A stretch of DNA of 64,000 nt from Candidatus Latescibacterota bacterium. Its GTDB lineage: Bacteria > Latescibacterota > UBA2968. Numbering within the stretch: the first letter of the stretch is position 1; every line of letters starts with the position of its first letter. A program made the position numbers and the translations under genes. The notes under the pieces are model-generated. The model had not been told where the DNA came from, did no database searches, and saw only the letters and a list, made by a program, of their open reading frames with translations. Shown here piece after piece: positions 28,786-37,658 of this stretch. Location: NCBI GenBank assembly GCA_965222605.1, contig OZ244960.1, positions 320,001-384,000 on the forward strand. Direction: 5' to 3'.

Positions 28786-29964
28786 TTATCGCCGTGTAAT
28801 CACAAATAACTGGCGCGTCCCATCCCTGGAAATCGATGGAAAAAGCACCTGATCACTCGTGCGATTCCAGCAGGGCGCGGGATCGCTCCTCAAATCCCCC
28901 GATATCCACTTCCCCTGATCGTATCGCCGAGTTCGCGCCCATGCTCCGTCAGCCATGCGATACATCACATAAACCGTTCCGCGCTTTGGTCCCGAACCAT
29001 TTATGATCCATTGTCCATCTGGTGAAAACGCATTATCTCCGCCAGGCTCTGGAAAAACAGACTGATCCCCCAGAGTCCTCACAATTTTCTGCTCATCGGT
29101 ATCGTACACCACCAGATCATCGGCATTGTGACCGAGAATCTCATGTCCTTCCAACCACTCGGGATGACCGCCAATAAAAATCTTCTGTATTGTCAAATCG
29201 CTGCCATCGGGATTCACGGTAAAAGGCACATTGAGCCGCGCTTCGCGTTTGTTGAACTTGCCCCGCGCATAAAAATAAATTCGATCACCATCCCGGTTCC
29301 ACAGCGTATGGTTGATAAACATCGCCTTGCTTTCAACCCCCGGATGGTAGTCTCGCAGCGCGTCTCCCAATTGGGCGAAAGATACAATTAGCTCTTTTTC
29401 TCCCGTATTCACATCAACCTTAAAAATCCCATCGTCCTCGGGATGCACAACCCCTTCGGTCCAATCCGTCGCGCCGAGATACCCCGTCACCAACCGCAGA
29501 CGCGCCATGCGCGCGTAATTTAATCCCAGAAAATAACCGCCATTTTGCGCCACGCCACTGTTGCCAAAGGAGGTATCCTCATAGCGATATTCGCGAATTC
29601 TTTCGCCTTTGGAAATATCGAATAAGACCGTGAAAACCTTCTGAGTATCCGGATCGCGATCATTAAAGAAAAACTGCGTTTCTGGTGATTCGGGATTCCA
29701 GTAAAACATCGTACCCTGCTGGGGATTCCACCCCTGCGACTGGTCAACCACCTGGATCTCATGATCATTCTCAGTATCGATCAAAATCACATCCGCCGCC
29801 TCGCCAGGCCCGGGCATGCGATCCTGAAAATCATTCCGCAATGCGACGATATAACGACCGCTCTGGTTCCATGGAATGGTCTGCGATTGACCGATATACC
29901 CAAAAAAGTGATGTTTGGGACCATACGTAATCTGCTCAACCCCAAGCCCAAATGAATCTGCCAA
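28786..29964 (-). CDS. Beta-propeller protein (TolB/oligogalacturonate-lyase-like)
   Basis: HHFFGY, WNPQQG, FINHTLWN, SDPAPCWN, SRDGTRQL; TTG start after GAGGAG. Confidence 0.6.
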   Translation of the reverse strand: MADSFGLGVEQITYGPKHHFFGYIGQSQTIPWNQSGRYIVALRNDFQDRMPGPGEAADVILIDTENDHEIQVVDQSQGWNPQQGTMFYWNPESPETQFFFNDRDPDTQKVFTVLFDISKGERIREYRYEDTSFGNSGVAQNGGYFLGLNYARMARLRLVTGYLGATDWTEGVVHPEDDGIFKVDVNTGEKELIVSFAQLGDALRDYHPGVESKAMFINHTLWNRDGDRIYFYARGKFNKREARLNVPFTVNPDGSDLTIQKIFIGGHPEWLEGHEILGHNADDLVVYDTDEQKIVRTLGDQSVFPEPGGDNAFSPDGQWIINGSGPKRGTVYVMYRMADGAWARTRRYDQGKWISGDLRSDPAPCWNRTSDQVLFPSISRDGTRQLFVITRR

Positions 29965-29990
29965 TTTATTCTCCTCGTGAATTTTACGGG

Positions 29991-31616
29991 TTAAACCCCT
30001 ATCGCATACCCATCGCGCCTCGGATCTGCGCCGCCCATCAGCGCGCCCGATTCTGCATCCACCACAATACCCTGTGCGCCTCCACAAACGGGGGAATAAT
30101 CGGGCAACACCTTCACATCGTGCCCACGCGCCCTCAGTGCGCGCCGAACAGACTTCGGCATCCGCCTTTCAATCGACACCTGTGTACCCGCAGTTTCTAT
30201 GCGGAACCGAGGTGCTTCAATCGCCGCCTGTATGTTCATGCCGTAATCCAGCACATTGGTCAAAAACTGCACCGATGTTTGTTGAATCCCCCAGCTTCCC
30301 GGTGTACCCAGCGCAGAAAAAAGCGCGCCATCTCGAAATACCAGCATCGGCGACAGGCACATATCCACTTTTTTGTGGGGCGCAATACAATTTGGGCTAT
30401 CGGGCACAAGATCGCCCCATCGAATAAAATTGTTCAAAAACATGCCCGTATTGCCCATCATCACCCCCGACCCAAAACCCGATCCCAAACTCTGAGTAAT
30501 AGCAACCGCATTGCCATCGCCATCGACCACATCGAAATGCGTCGTGCATTCATTGAGCCAGGCCGTTGGATCGCCCGGTTCAATCTCGCCCGGCAATTTC
30601 GTCGCCGGATACCACTCGCCCCGATGCACACCCGCCCGATTTCCGATCATCTTTCGGCGTTCTGCCGCATAGCCCTTGGCAAGCAATCCTTCGACCGGAG
30701 CTTGCGGGACGGCCGCGTATTCTATCCGATCCGCATTGCCCAACTTCACGGCTTCAATGAACAGGTGAAGCGCCTGCTCCGAGTGGTGTTCCATCTCCGC
30801 CAGATCGTATCCCTCCAACATATTGAGCGTCTCGAGAATCTGAAACCCTGCGCTCGGTGGCGGCGGACAAAATACCTCATAGCCGCGATAAGTCGTCACC
30901 AATGGATCGACCCATTCGGGTTCAAAATCCGCCAGATCGCGCTCGGACAACCAGCCCCCTTCTCCCTGAATATATCCCGCCATTTCGCGCGCGAGATCGC
31001 CCCGATAAAAAACCTCCGCTCCCCCTTCAGCAACCCGCCGAAATGTTCGCGCCAAATCCTTTTGAATTAGAATTTCACCCGGCAGAGGTCCGCGCCCACG
31101 CGACAGAATAACGCGTTCAGCCCTGTCGTTCATCTTCCCACCACTGGTCATCGATTGACTATTCTTCACCGTCACAGCATACCCGTTCTCCGCCAGTTCA
31201 ATCGCAGGTGCAAATACTTGTGCTGGTGCCATCGTGCCATAGCGTTCCAACAATTCCAACCAGCCACCACAAGCACCCGGGGTCAAACACGAACGCGGCC
31301 CAGCATCTTTATCCGCCGGACTATCAAACAACTCGGCACGCGCTTGATACGGTGTTCGCCCACAATAATCCAGGACGCGCCTGTGGTCGTTTTTTGCATC
31401 GTACACAATCGCATAGCCCACCCCCGCAATACCAGACATATAGGGTTCAACAACATTGAGCGCGGCAGCAACCGCAACCGCAGCATCAAACGCATTGCCC
31501 CCTTCAAGCAACATCCGCACGCCGGATAGCGCAGCCTGCGGATGTGCGCACGCAACCATACCGCGCGTGCCCGTAACCGTTGGTCTGTGTGTCACACCAT
31601 GTGTTGAAAAAGCCAT
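29991..31616 (-). CDS. ggt: Gamma-glutamyltransferase
   Basis: GGNAFDAAVA, VVEP, TTHFDVVD (nucleophile Thr), FGSG, GTPG, GGADPRRDG. Confidence 0.92.
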   Translation of the reverse strand: MAFSTHGVTHRPTVTGTRGMVACAHPQAALSGVRMLLEGGNAFDAAVAVAAALNVVEPYMSGIAGVGYAIVYDAKNDHRRVLDYCGRTPYQARAELFDSPADKDAGPRSCLTPGACGGWLELLERYGTMAPAQVFAPAIELAENGYAVTVKNSQSMTSGGKMNDRAERVILSRGRGPLPGEILIQKDLARTFRRVAEGGAEVFYRGDLAREMAGYIQGEGGWLSERDLADFEPEWVDPLVTTYRGYEVFCPPPPSAGFQILETLNMLEGYDLAEMEHHSEQALHLFIEAVKLGNADRIEYAAVPQAPVEGLLAKGYAAERRKMIGNRAGVHRGEWYPATKLPGEIEPGDPTAWLNECTTHFDVVDGDGNAVAITQSLGSGFGSGVMMGNTGMFLNNFIRWGDLVPDSPNCIAPHKKVDMCLSPMLVFRDGALFSALGTPGSWGIQQTSVQFLTNVLDYGMNIQAAIEAPRFRIETAGTQVSIERRMPKSVRRALRARGHDVKVLPDYSPVCGGAQGIVVDAESGALMGGADPRRDGYAIGV

Positions 31617-31821
31617 AAAACTGCTCCTGAAGGTTTGATTACCGCACTCAATAGGCCGAATTAAGATCGGAATAATCTACATCCAGCAGGATAAATTGGC
31701 AACCATAGAGTCATAGCGATTGTCGTTGCAGAATCTATTGCTCCATTTATCGCACCAACGTATATTGCGCTATCCGCTATCACATTCATCCATGTTCGAA
31801 TCAAATCTGGGAAGACACCTT

Positions 31822-32934
31822 ATGGACCCTGTACAACTCACGCGCGAATTTGTATCCTTCAACTCGACCAGCTATTTGAGCAATGTCGATTGCTCAAACG
31901 CCATGGCAGAAAGAATGCGCGAAGCCGGTCTCACGGTAGAACACATTCCCTACACAGACCCCAATGGCGTACCCAAACTGAATCTCGTCGGGAAAAAAGG
32001 AAATGGCACTGGTGGTCTTGCCCTCATGGGACACAACGACGTCGTACCCGCCAAAGGGTGGGCGTGGGACCCTTTTGAAGTCGTCGAAAAGGGATCTCGC
32101 ATCTACGGACGCGGCGTAGCCGACATGAAAGGTTCAGTCGCGTGCATGATCGCCACAGCAAGCCATTTCTCCAGCGATGAACTCAAGCACCCCATCTACG
32201 TAGTCGTCACAGGAGACGAAGAGATCAACTGCGGAGGCGCCGATGTCGTCGCTCAAAAATCCGAGGTATTAAAAGAATCCAATGTGCGCTACGGCATTAT
32301 TGGCGAACCGACCCTGCTCGACGTGGTACACGCCCACAAAGGCTCGATCAAAATCAGCGTCACAGCCACGGGAAAAGCCACGCACAGCAGCACGGGAACA
32401 GGCATCAATGCCAACCACAAACTCATCCCCTTCCTCAACGACATGCTCGCCATAGATCGCGAACTAAAAAACAATGAAAAATACCTCAACAACGCCTTTA
32501 CACCCCCACACGCCACCCTCAACACCGTCATACACGGGGGTGAACAAGCATCGAACATCACCACGCCAGAAAGCGGGGCAACCCTCAATATGCGCCCCAT
32601 GCCCGGACAAGACTTCGCGCCCTTACTCGGCATAATCAAAACACTGGCCGAAGAACGCGGGGTACACATCGACATATACGACGGCCTCGCCCCCCTCCAC
32701 ACCCCGGTGGAATCTCGCATCGTGCAAGAAGCCCTCTCTGTCACAAACAAGCGCGAACCCAAAACCGTAGCTTATGGCACCGACGGCATGATCTTTGGCA
32801 AAACCATGGAACTCGTCGTGCTCGGTCCCGGCAATATTCAACAGGCGCATACCATTGACGAATGGATCGAAATCGAACAACTCCATCAGGCTGTCGATAC
32901 CTTCTCGGAAATGGTGCGGCGGTTTTGTAGTTAG
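31822..32934 (+). CDS. M20 metallopeptidase, ArgE-like deacetylase
   Basis: GHNDVVP, GRGVADMKG, DEE, GEPT, HSS, GPG..QAHTIDE. Confidence 0.85.
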   Translation: MDPVQLTREFVSFNSTSYLSNVDCSNAMAERMREAGLTVEHIPYTDPNGVPKLNLVGKKGNGTGGLALMGHNDVVPAKGWAWDPFEVVEKGSRIYGRGVADMKGSVACMIATASHFSSDELKHPIYVVVTGDEEINCGGADVVAQKSEVLKESNVRYGIIGEPTLLDVVHAHKGSIKISVTATGKATHSSTGTGINANHKLIPFLNDMLAIDRELKNNEKYLNNAFTPPHATLNTVIHGGEQASNITTPESGATLNMRPMPGQDFAPLLGIIKTLAEERGVHIDIYDGLAPLHTPVESRIVQEALSVTNKREPKTVAYGTDGMIFGKTMELVVLGPGNIQQAHTIDEWIEIEQLHQAVDTFSEMVRRFCS

Positions 32935-33027
32935 TAATCAGCCATCCCTCTTCTCGCGAGACATAACAGGATTTATATAAAATACAGCGATTATGACTCT
33001 GTCCCATATCAGAGCAAGCATATTGCC

Positions 33028-34227
33028 ATGAAAATTCTCACGTCCCCCTGCCAGATCAATAAGGAAATTACACGACTACTTACAGAATGCTCCTCCTGCC
33101 AGATTGCCGTTGCCTGGGCCTCGACTGGATTCAAGTTCTTCGATCTTCTAAAAAAACACAAAGCAAAGATCGAAAGAATGATTGTCGGTACGCATTTCTA
33201 TCAAACCCATCCAGATTTCATCGAAGCATTTATCACGCACAAGAATGTCCACTTCATCAAAGCCACTGATGAGGTCTTTCATCCAAAGGTGTACTACTTC
33301 CAGATGAGTTGTGACCGCTGGGAGTGCATCATCGGCAGTGCCAACCTTACCCGCGGCGGATTTGAAGGGAACGACGAAGTAGCTATTTTGGTCACAGATA
33401 AGGACTGTGATAGCTCTGACACCCAGACCGAATTGTTCGATGCTTTGGATGAATACTGGGATAAGACGCCTGTAATCGACAAAAGCGACCTGAAAGCGTA
33501 CAGGCAAGCGTGGAAGCGAAAACGACCGATAGTGCAGAAACTCGGAGGAAAATTCGGTCCTGAAAACACTGATCAAGGTGACGGGGGAAAATCTCCTTTA
33601 GAAATATCTGGTCTGAGCAAGACATGGCAGGAATACTTCAATTGTATCAAGATGAAAGATAAGAATTTAGCAACACGCTTGAAAGTCATTCAGAGCGCGA
33701 GAAATCTATTCGATAACCACGTCCACTTCTGCGATATGAACGACATTAATCGACAAAAGATCGCTGGGGTGATCGGAAAGAAAGATGATGGTGTGGACTA
33801 CCTATTTTTCGGTAGAATGACATCAGTCAGGACCTTGCCGGACATAATCAACAACAATAATAAACATTTATCACGAGCTCTTGATTTGATACCGCTGGAC
33901 GGCGATATTTCAAAAGAAATATATCTCAAATATATGGATCAGTACCGCAAAGTATTTTCAACGGGTATTGCTATCGCAACCCGATTGCTCGCCATGAAGC
34001 GCCCTGACATCTTCGTGTGCTTGACCTCACGCAATAAAGGGAGATTATACAAAGATTTTGGTATTCAAAAAGATGTCACAGAGGTGACATATTGGGATTC
34101 AATTATAGAACGAATTAAGGAATCAACGTGGTGGGATACTCCGTGTCCCAAATCCCAAATTGAGTCAGAAGTCTGGCAGGCAAGGGCAGCATTCTTGGAT
34201 TCGATTTATTACGAAAGTGATGTGTGA
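33028..34227 (+). CDS. PLD-family (NgoFVII-like) putative nuclease with an uncharacterised C-terminal domain
   Basis: IAVAWA, FHPKVYYF, IIGSANLT..N.E; C-terminal ATRLLAMKRPD; AT-richer than flanks. Confidence 0.75.
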   Translation: MKILTSPCQINKEITRLLTECSSCQIAVAWASTGFKFFDLLKKHKAKIERMIVGTHFYQTHPDFIEAFITHKNVHFIKATDEVFHPKVYYFQMSCDRWECIIGSANLTRGGFEGNDEVAILVTDKDCDSSDTQTELFDALDEYWDKTPVIDKSDLKAYRQAWKRKRPIVQKLGGKFGPENTDQGDGGKSPLEISGLSKTWQEYFNCIKMKDKNLATRLKVIQSARNLFDNHVHFCDMNDINRQKIAGVIGKKDDGVDYLFFGRMTSVRTLPDIINNNNKHLSRALDLIPLDGDISKEIYLKYMDQYRKVFSTGIAIATRLLAMKRPDIFVCLTSRNKGRLYKDFGIQKDVTEVTYWDSIIERIKESTWWDTPCPKSQIESEVWQARAAFLDSIYYESDV

Positions 34228-34244
34228 CTTCAAAACAACCCATA

Positions 34245-34908
34245 GTAAAAAACCACGCCCAAAGGACGTGGCTTTGAAAAGCCCCCCACAGGGGGGCTGA
34301 TCGCTTGCCCCCAAAGGAGGCAAGCCAGACGTGTCCCACAACCAGCGCAAACGTTAATACTTCAAACCCAATTGTTCACTACGACGTTCTTTTGCCTCTT
34401 GATACTTCACATACTTGCGAATCATCTCAGCATCCAGACCCACCGTATCCACACAGTAGCCTCGCGCCCAAAAATGATTCCCCCAATAAGGCTTCTCCTT
34501 CAGATAGGGAAACTGCTTGAAAACACGAATTGCACTGCGACCCTTCAACGTACCCATCAATTCTGAGATAGACACCTTCGGCGGAACAAGCACAAGTAAG
34601 TGAACATGATCCACTTGCACATTCAATTCGACAACCTCACATTCCTTCTGCTTTGCAAAGATTTGGATGCAAGTGTATACTTCTCGACCAACGGGACCCT
34701 TCAAGATTCGGTAACGATATTTCGGCACCCACACCAAATGATACTGGCAATGCCATATCGCATGGGATAACTTATGGAACCTGCTCACTGCTTTCTCCTT
34801 TCTCGGTTGCGGGAACAACCGCAGAATATAGGAGATTCAGCGGGCAGGTCACTGGCAAAGCCGACCGTCTCTGACCACGCCCAAAGGACGTGGGTTTTTA
34901 CAATGAAC
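34245..34908 (-). mobile_element. IS200/IS605-family element (tnpA only); ends approximate
   Basis: Identical 20-nt hairpin-forming sequence ACCACGCCCAAAGGACGTGG at 34252-34271 and 34874-34893 flanking an HUH transposase. Confidence 0.88.
34354..34788 (-). CDS. tnpA: IS200/IS605 Y1 transposase
   Basis: YHLVWVPKYR, DHVHLL (HUH), LKGRS, FWARGY, catalytic Y in IRKYVKYQ. Confidence 0.95.
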   Translation of the reverse strand: MSRFHKLSHAIWHCQYHLVWVPKYRYRILKGPVGREVYTCIQIFAKQKECEVVELNVQVDHVHLLVLVPPKVSISELMGTLKGRSAIRVFKQFPYLKEKPYWGNHFWARGYCVDTVGLDAEMIRKYVKYQEAKERRSEQLGLKY

Positions 34909-34923
34909 TAAAACAGCTTCTTA

Positions 34924-35852
34924 GAAGCTGTTTTAAAACTATTGTGTGAGAAAAAAAAGAGTTGAAAAAGCGTATTTATCTGTCCAAATTTAGGTTATGT
35001 AAATCACCCTAAAAAGAAAGGACAAAGATGAATACGCAAAGGCAATATCCGACAAATGTCACCCAAGCGCAATGGCAACTGCTCATCCCCTTGCTGCCCA
35101 AACGCAAATGGCGAAAAGGAGGTCCCGGACGCCCCCCTGCCAATTTGCGCCAAGTGTTCAATGGCATCCTGTATCTAACCAAAACCGGCTGCCAATGGCG
35201 CATGCTGCCCTATACCTTTGGCTGCTGGCAGACCGTGTATGGCTATTTCAATAAATGGCGCGAGCAAGGTATCTTTGAGCGTGTGCAACAGGCACTCACA
35301 CGAAGAGAGCGAAAACGGCAGGGACGCGCACCTAACGCATCAGCAGGCTGCGTTGATAGCCAAAGTGTCAAGACAGCAACCCAATCAGAATCAAAAGGTT
35401 ACGATGCCGGGAAAAAGGTCAACGGACGTAAACGCCACCTCCTTGTCGATACCCTCGGACTGGTCATCAGCACCTATGTCTCGCCTGCCAATGTCCAAGA
35501 TCGCGACGGCCTCAAGCAGGTGATCAATCAGTATTTTGACAGCGGACTGACACGTTTACGCAAGCTGTGGGTTGATGGCGGCTATCGCGGCAAAGACCTC
35601 AAAGAATGGGTCGCCAATAAGAAGCACACACATAAGATTGATCTTGAGGTTGTCACCCCAAAAGGCAAAGGATTTCAGGTGGTCAAACGCCGTTGGGTTG
35701 TTGAGCGCACCTTTGCGTGGTTATTTAATTTTCGCCGGCTGTCAAAGGATTATGAAGGCTTGACGGACAATAGTGAAGCCTTTATTCACATCGTTATGAT
35801 TTACCTCTTAATCAACAGACTCGCTTAAGCACGCTGGTTTTAAAACAGCTTC
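34924..35852 (+). mobile_element. IS5-family element (IS1031 subgroup)
   Basis: Perfect 16-bp terminal IRs GAAGCTGTTTTAAAAC (34924-34939) and GTTTTAAAACAGCTTC (35837-35852); TTA target duplication at 34921-34923 and 35853-35855. Confidence 0.92.
35028..35828 (+). CDS. IS5-family DDE transposase
   Basis: TGCQWRMLP, VDSQSVK, GYDAGKKVNGRKRHLLVDTLG, WVDGGY, RWVVERTFAW..RRLSKDYE. Confidence 0.95.
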   Translation: MNTQRQYPTNVTQAQWQLLIPLLPKRKWRKGGPGRPPANLRQVFNGILYLTKTGCQWRMLPYTFGCWQTVYGYFNKWREQGIFERVQQALTRRERKRQGRAPNASAGCVDSQSVKTATQSESKGYDAGKKVNGRKRHLLVDTLGLVISTYVSPANVQDRDGLKQVINQYFDSGLTRLRKLWVDGGYRGKDLKEWVANKKHTHKIDLEVVTPKGKGFQVVKRRWVVERTFAWLFNFRRLSKDYEGLTDNSEAFIHIVMIYLLINRLA

Positions 35853-35905
35853 TTAGCAATAATCTCAAAGGAACCGTGTAGACACGAAAGGTTAAAAGGA
35901 GAACC

Positions 35906-36991
35906 ATGACCAGAACTATCATTGATATCTTGCAACGAGGGAACCTGGAGTTATTCCACTCTTCCATGCTGGCCTGGCTGCTGGATGGCAAGGGAGAACA
36001 CGGAATGGGAATGTGCGTCTTGGCGAGATTGGCTGATATCCTAACTCGGAAAGGATGGCCTCAACTCAAAAATGCACTGGCAGGGGGAACAAGGGGAGGC
36101 AGAGTTGTGAGAACAGAGGTTAAACGGGGCAGAAACAGATACGATATATGGCTGAAACTTCCAAATACGGAGGTCATATTTGAGAACAAGACAAAGACAA
36201 TCGGCAACGAGTCACAACTGAAATCCTTTCAACAAGGCGGAGCCATCGTTGTGGCGGTGGGATTCTGCGACGAATCCTTTGCGAACACCGTAGCCAATCA
36301 GTACCCGCTGCTCACATATGAAGACGTACTTGAGGCAATCAAAGCTGTGGCTGGCAATGGAGTGACAACAGGAGCCTTTGGTACTTTAGCGGCAGAGTAT
36401 ATCCGGTACTTAGAGCGAGAACTGGAAATTATTAAGCTGGTTCGCAACCTTATTCTGTGTCCCCAAGGAATTAACCGACAGTCCCTTGCTAAAAAGGTGG
36501 GGAGTTCTCTATACGGTGAGAATGATAGAAGATTCTGGAATCTGATTGTACTCGAGCAATGCCGGCGGATCCTGAGTCAACAGATGATGTGGGTGAATAC
36601 CGAGTGGACAATGGACAAGAACCAGCCGAGCGGAGTATGGCTTGCCGGGATTCCTGATGGCTTCGTATTTAGCGGACCATTACAGCAATGCGCGAAGAAA
36701 TTTAGTGCCTCGCTGTGGTTCCATGTGGAACTCTTCCACGAGGCACTGATGAATCCAGATGACGATAAGGAGGTTGGGATGCTACAGCTACGATGTGAAG
36801 TAAAGAAGAATAAAGTGTTCGCTCAAGAGTTCCAGCGACAGTATAAGGCAGGGAATAACAGTATCTTCGCTACCGGGATCAATCCAAACTGGCAGACCTT
36901 TTATGTCATAAAGAGGCACCTCCAAGGGCAGGATTTGCCCGGCAGAGGGATTACTAAGGCTCTTAATGAATTCGTGCAGACATTTCAGTAA
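35906..36991 (+). CDS. PD-(D/E)XK nuclease superfamily protein (PDDEXK_4-like)
   Basis: ELFHSSMLAWLLD..EHG, RYDIW..VIFENKTK, QLKSF; AGGAG RBS. Confidence 0.7.
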   Translation: MTRTIIDILQRGNLELFHSSMLAWLLDGKGEHGMGMCVLARLADILTRKGWPQLKNALAGGTRGGRVVRTEVKRGRNRYDIWLKLPNTEVIFENKTKTIGNESQLKSFQQGGAIVVAVGFCDESFANTVANQYPLLTYEDVLEAIKAVAGNGVTTGAFGTLAAEYIRYLERELEIIKLVRNLILCPQGINRQSLAKKVGSSLYGENDRRFWNLIVLEQCRRILSQQMMWVNTEWTMDKNQPSGVWLAGIPDGFVFSGPLQQCAKKFSASLWFHVELFHEALMNPDDDKEVGMLQLRCEVKKNKVFAQEFQRQYKAGNNSIFATGINPNWQTFYVIKRHLQGQDLPGRGITKALNEFVQTFQ

Positions 36992-37020
36992 CTGATGTTA
37001 CGTATTACTCAGATAAACCA

Positions 37021-37347
37021 TCACAATCTTATTTTTATATACGTTACATCTACCTGCTTTTTTTGATGAAAACCTGCCCCACTCGCCTCGTAGCGAGGCC
37101 CAAAGTGGCGAGCATACCGGGAACCAATACGTCTTGTCCACATTTGTGCATCGAATCTGCGGGCAAGAAGCCGGTCGGATGCAGCCATTTCATCTTGATC
37201 AACCTCATATTCCCCCGTCTCGATGTCGATAACCACAAATTTGCCTTCATCGGCAGGTTCAATATGAGGACTTATGTCTCGATCATAAATCTCATCGCCG
37301 CGTCGCGCGAATTCCTCTTTGCTGTACCGTGGTTTTGATATGGACAT
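37021..37347 (-). CDS. Small hypothetical protein (DUF5678-like, usually partnered with a clan AA aspartic protease)
   Basis: YSKEEFARRGDEIY..GKFVVIDIETGEYE..RIG; GGAGGAG RBS. Confidence 0.6.
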   Translation of the reverse strand: MSISKPRYSKEEFARRGDEIYDRDISPHIEPADEGKFVVIDIETGEYEVDQDEMAASDRLLARRFDAQMWTRRIGSRYARHFGPRYEASGAGFHQKKQVDVTYIKIRL

Positions 37348-37364
37348 ATAATTTCTCCTCCCCA

Positions 37365-37631
37365 TTACCCACCTGCAATCGAAGTCACAAAATGAACCTC
37401 ACTATCGGGGGGTATCTGTGTCCGCAAACCCTCTTCGGTAACAACGCCATCAATCGCAACAGCCAATCCAGGGGCAATCCGATAATCCTCGTACACCACC
37501 CGATCTTTAATCCCGGGAAATTGCGCATCCAGATTTTCGATCACCTCGCGCAAGGTATTGCCACCAACAACCACCTTTTCCTGGCCATCGGTCAATTTGC
37601 GCATCAGCGAAGGAATCCACACTTCAGGCAT
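37365..37631 (-). CDS. MoaD/ThiS-family sulfur-carrier protein
   Basis: Ubiquitin-like size; C-terminal SIAGG. Confidence 0.85.
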   Translation of the reverse strand: MPEVWIPSLMRKLTDGQEKVVVGGNTLREVIENLDAQFPGIKDRVVYEDYRIAPGLAVAIDGVVTEEGLRTQIPPDSEVHFVTSIAGG

Positions 37632-37658
37632 AGTCAAACTCCTATTTCTCTGGTCCTC

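Noticed and set aside
29952-31070. 372-aa plus-strand ORF
   Set aside because: Antisense to ggt with no recognisable domain
34252-34893. Repeated 20-nt palindrome as a possible CRISPR repeat
   Set aside because: Only two copies, flanking a transposase; these are IS200 ends
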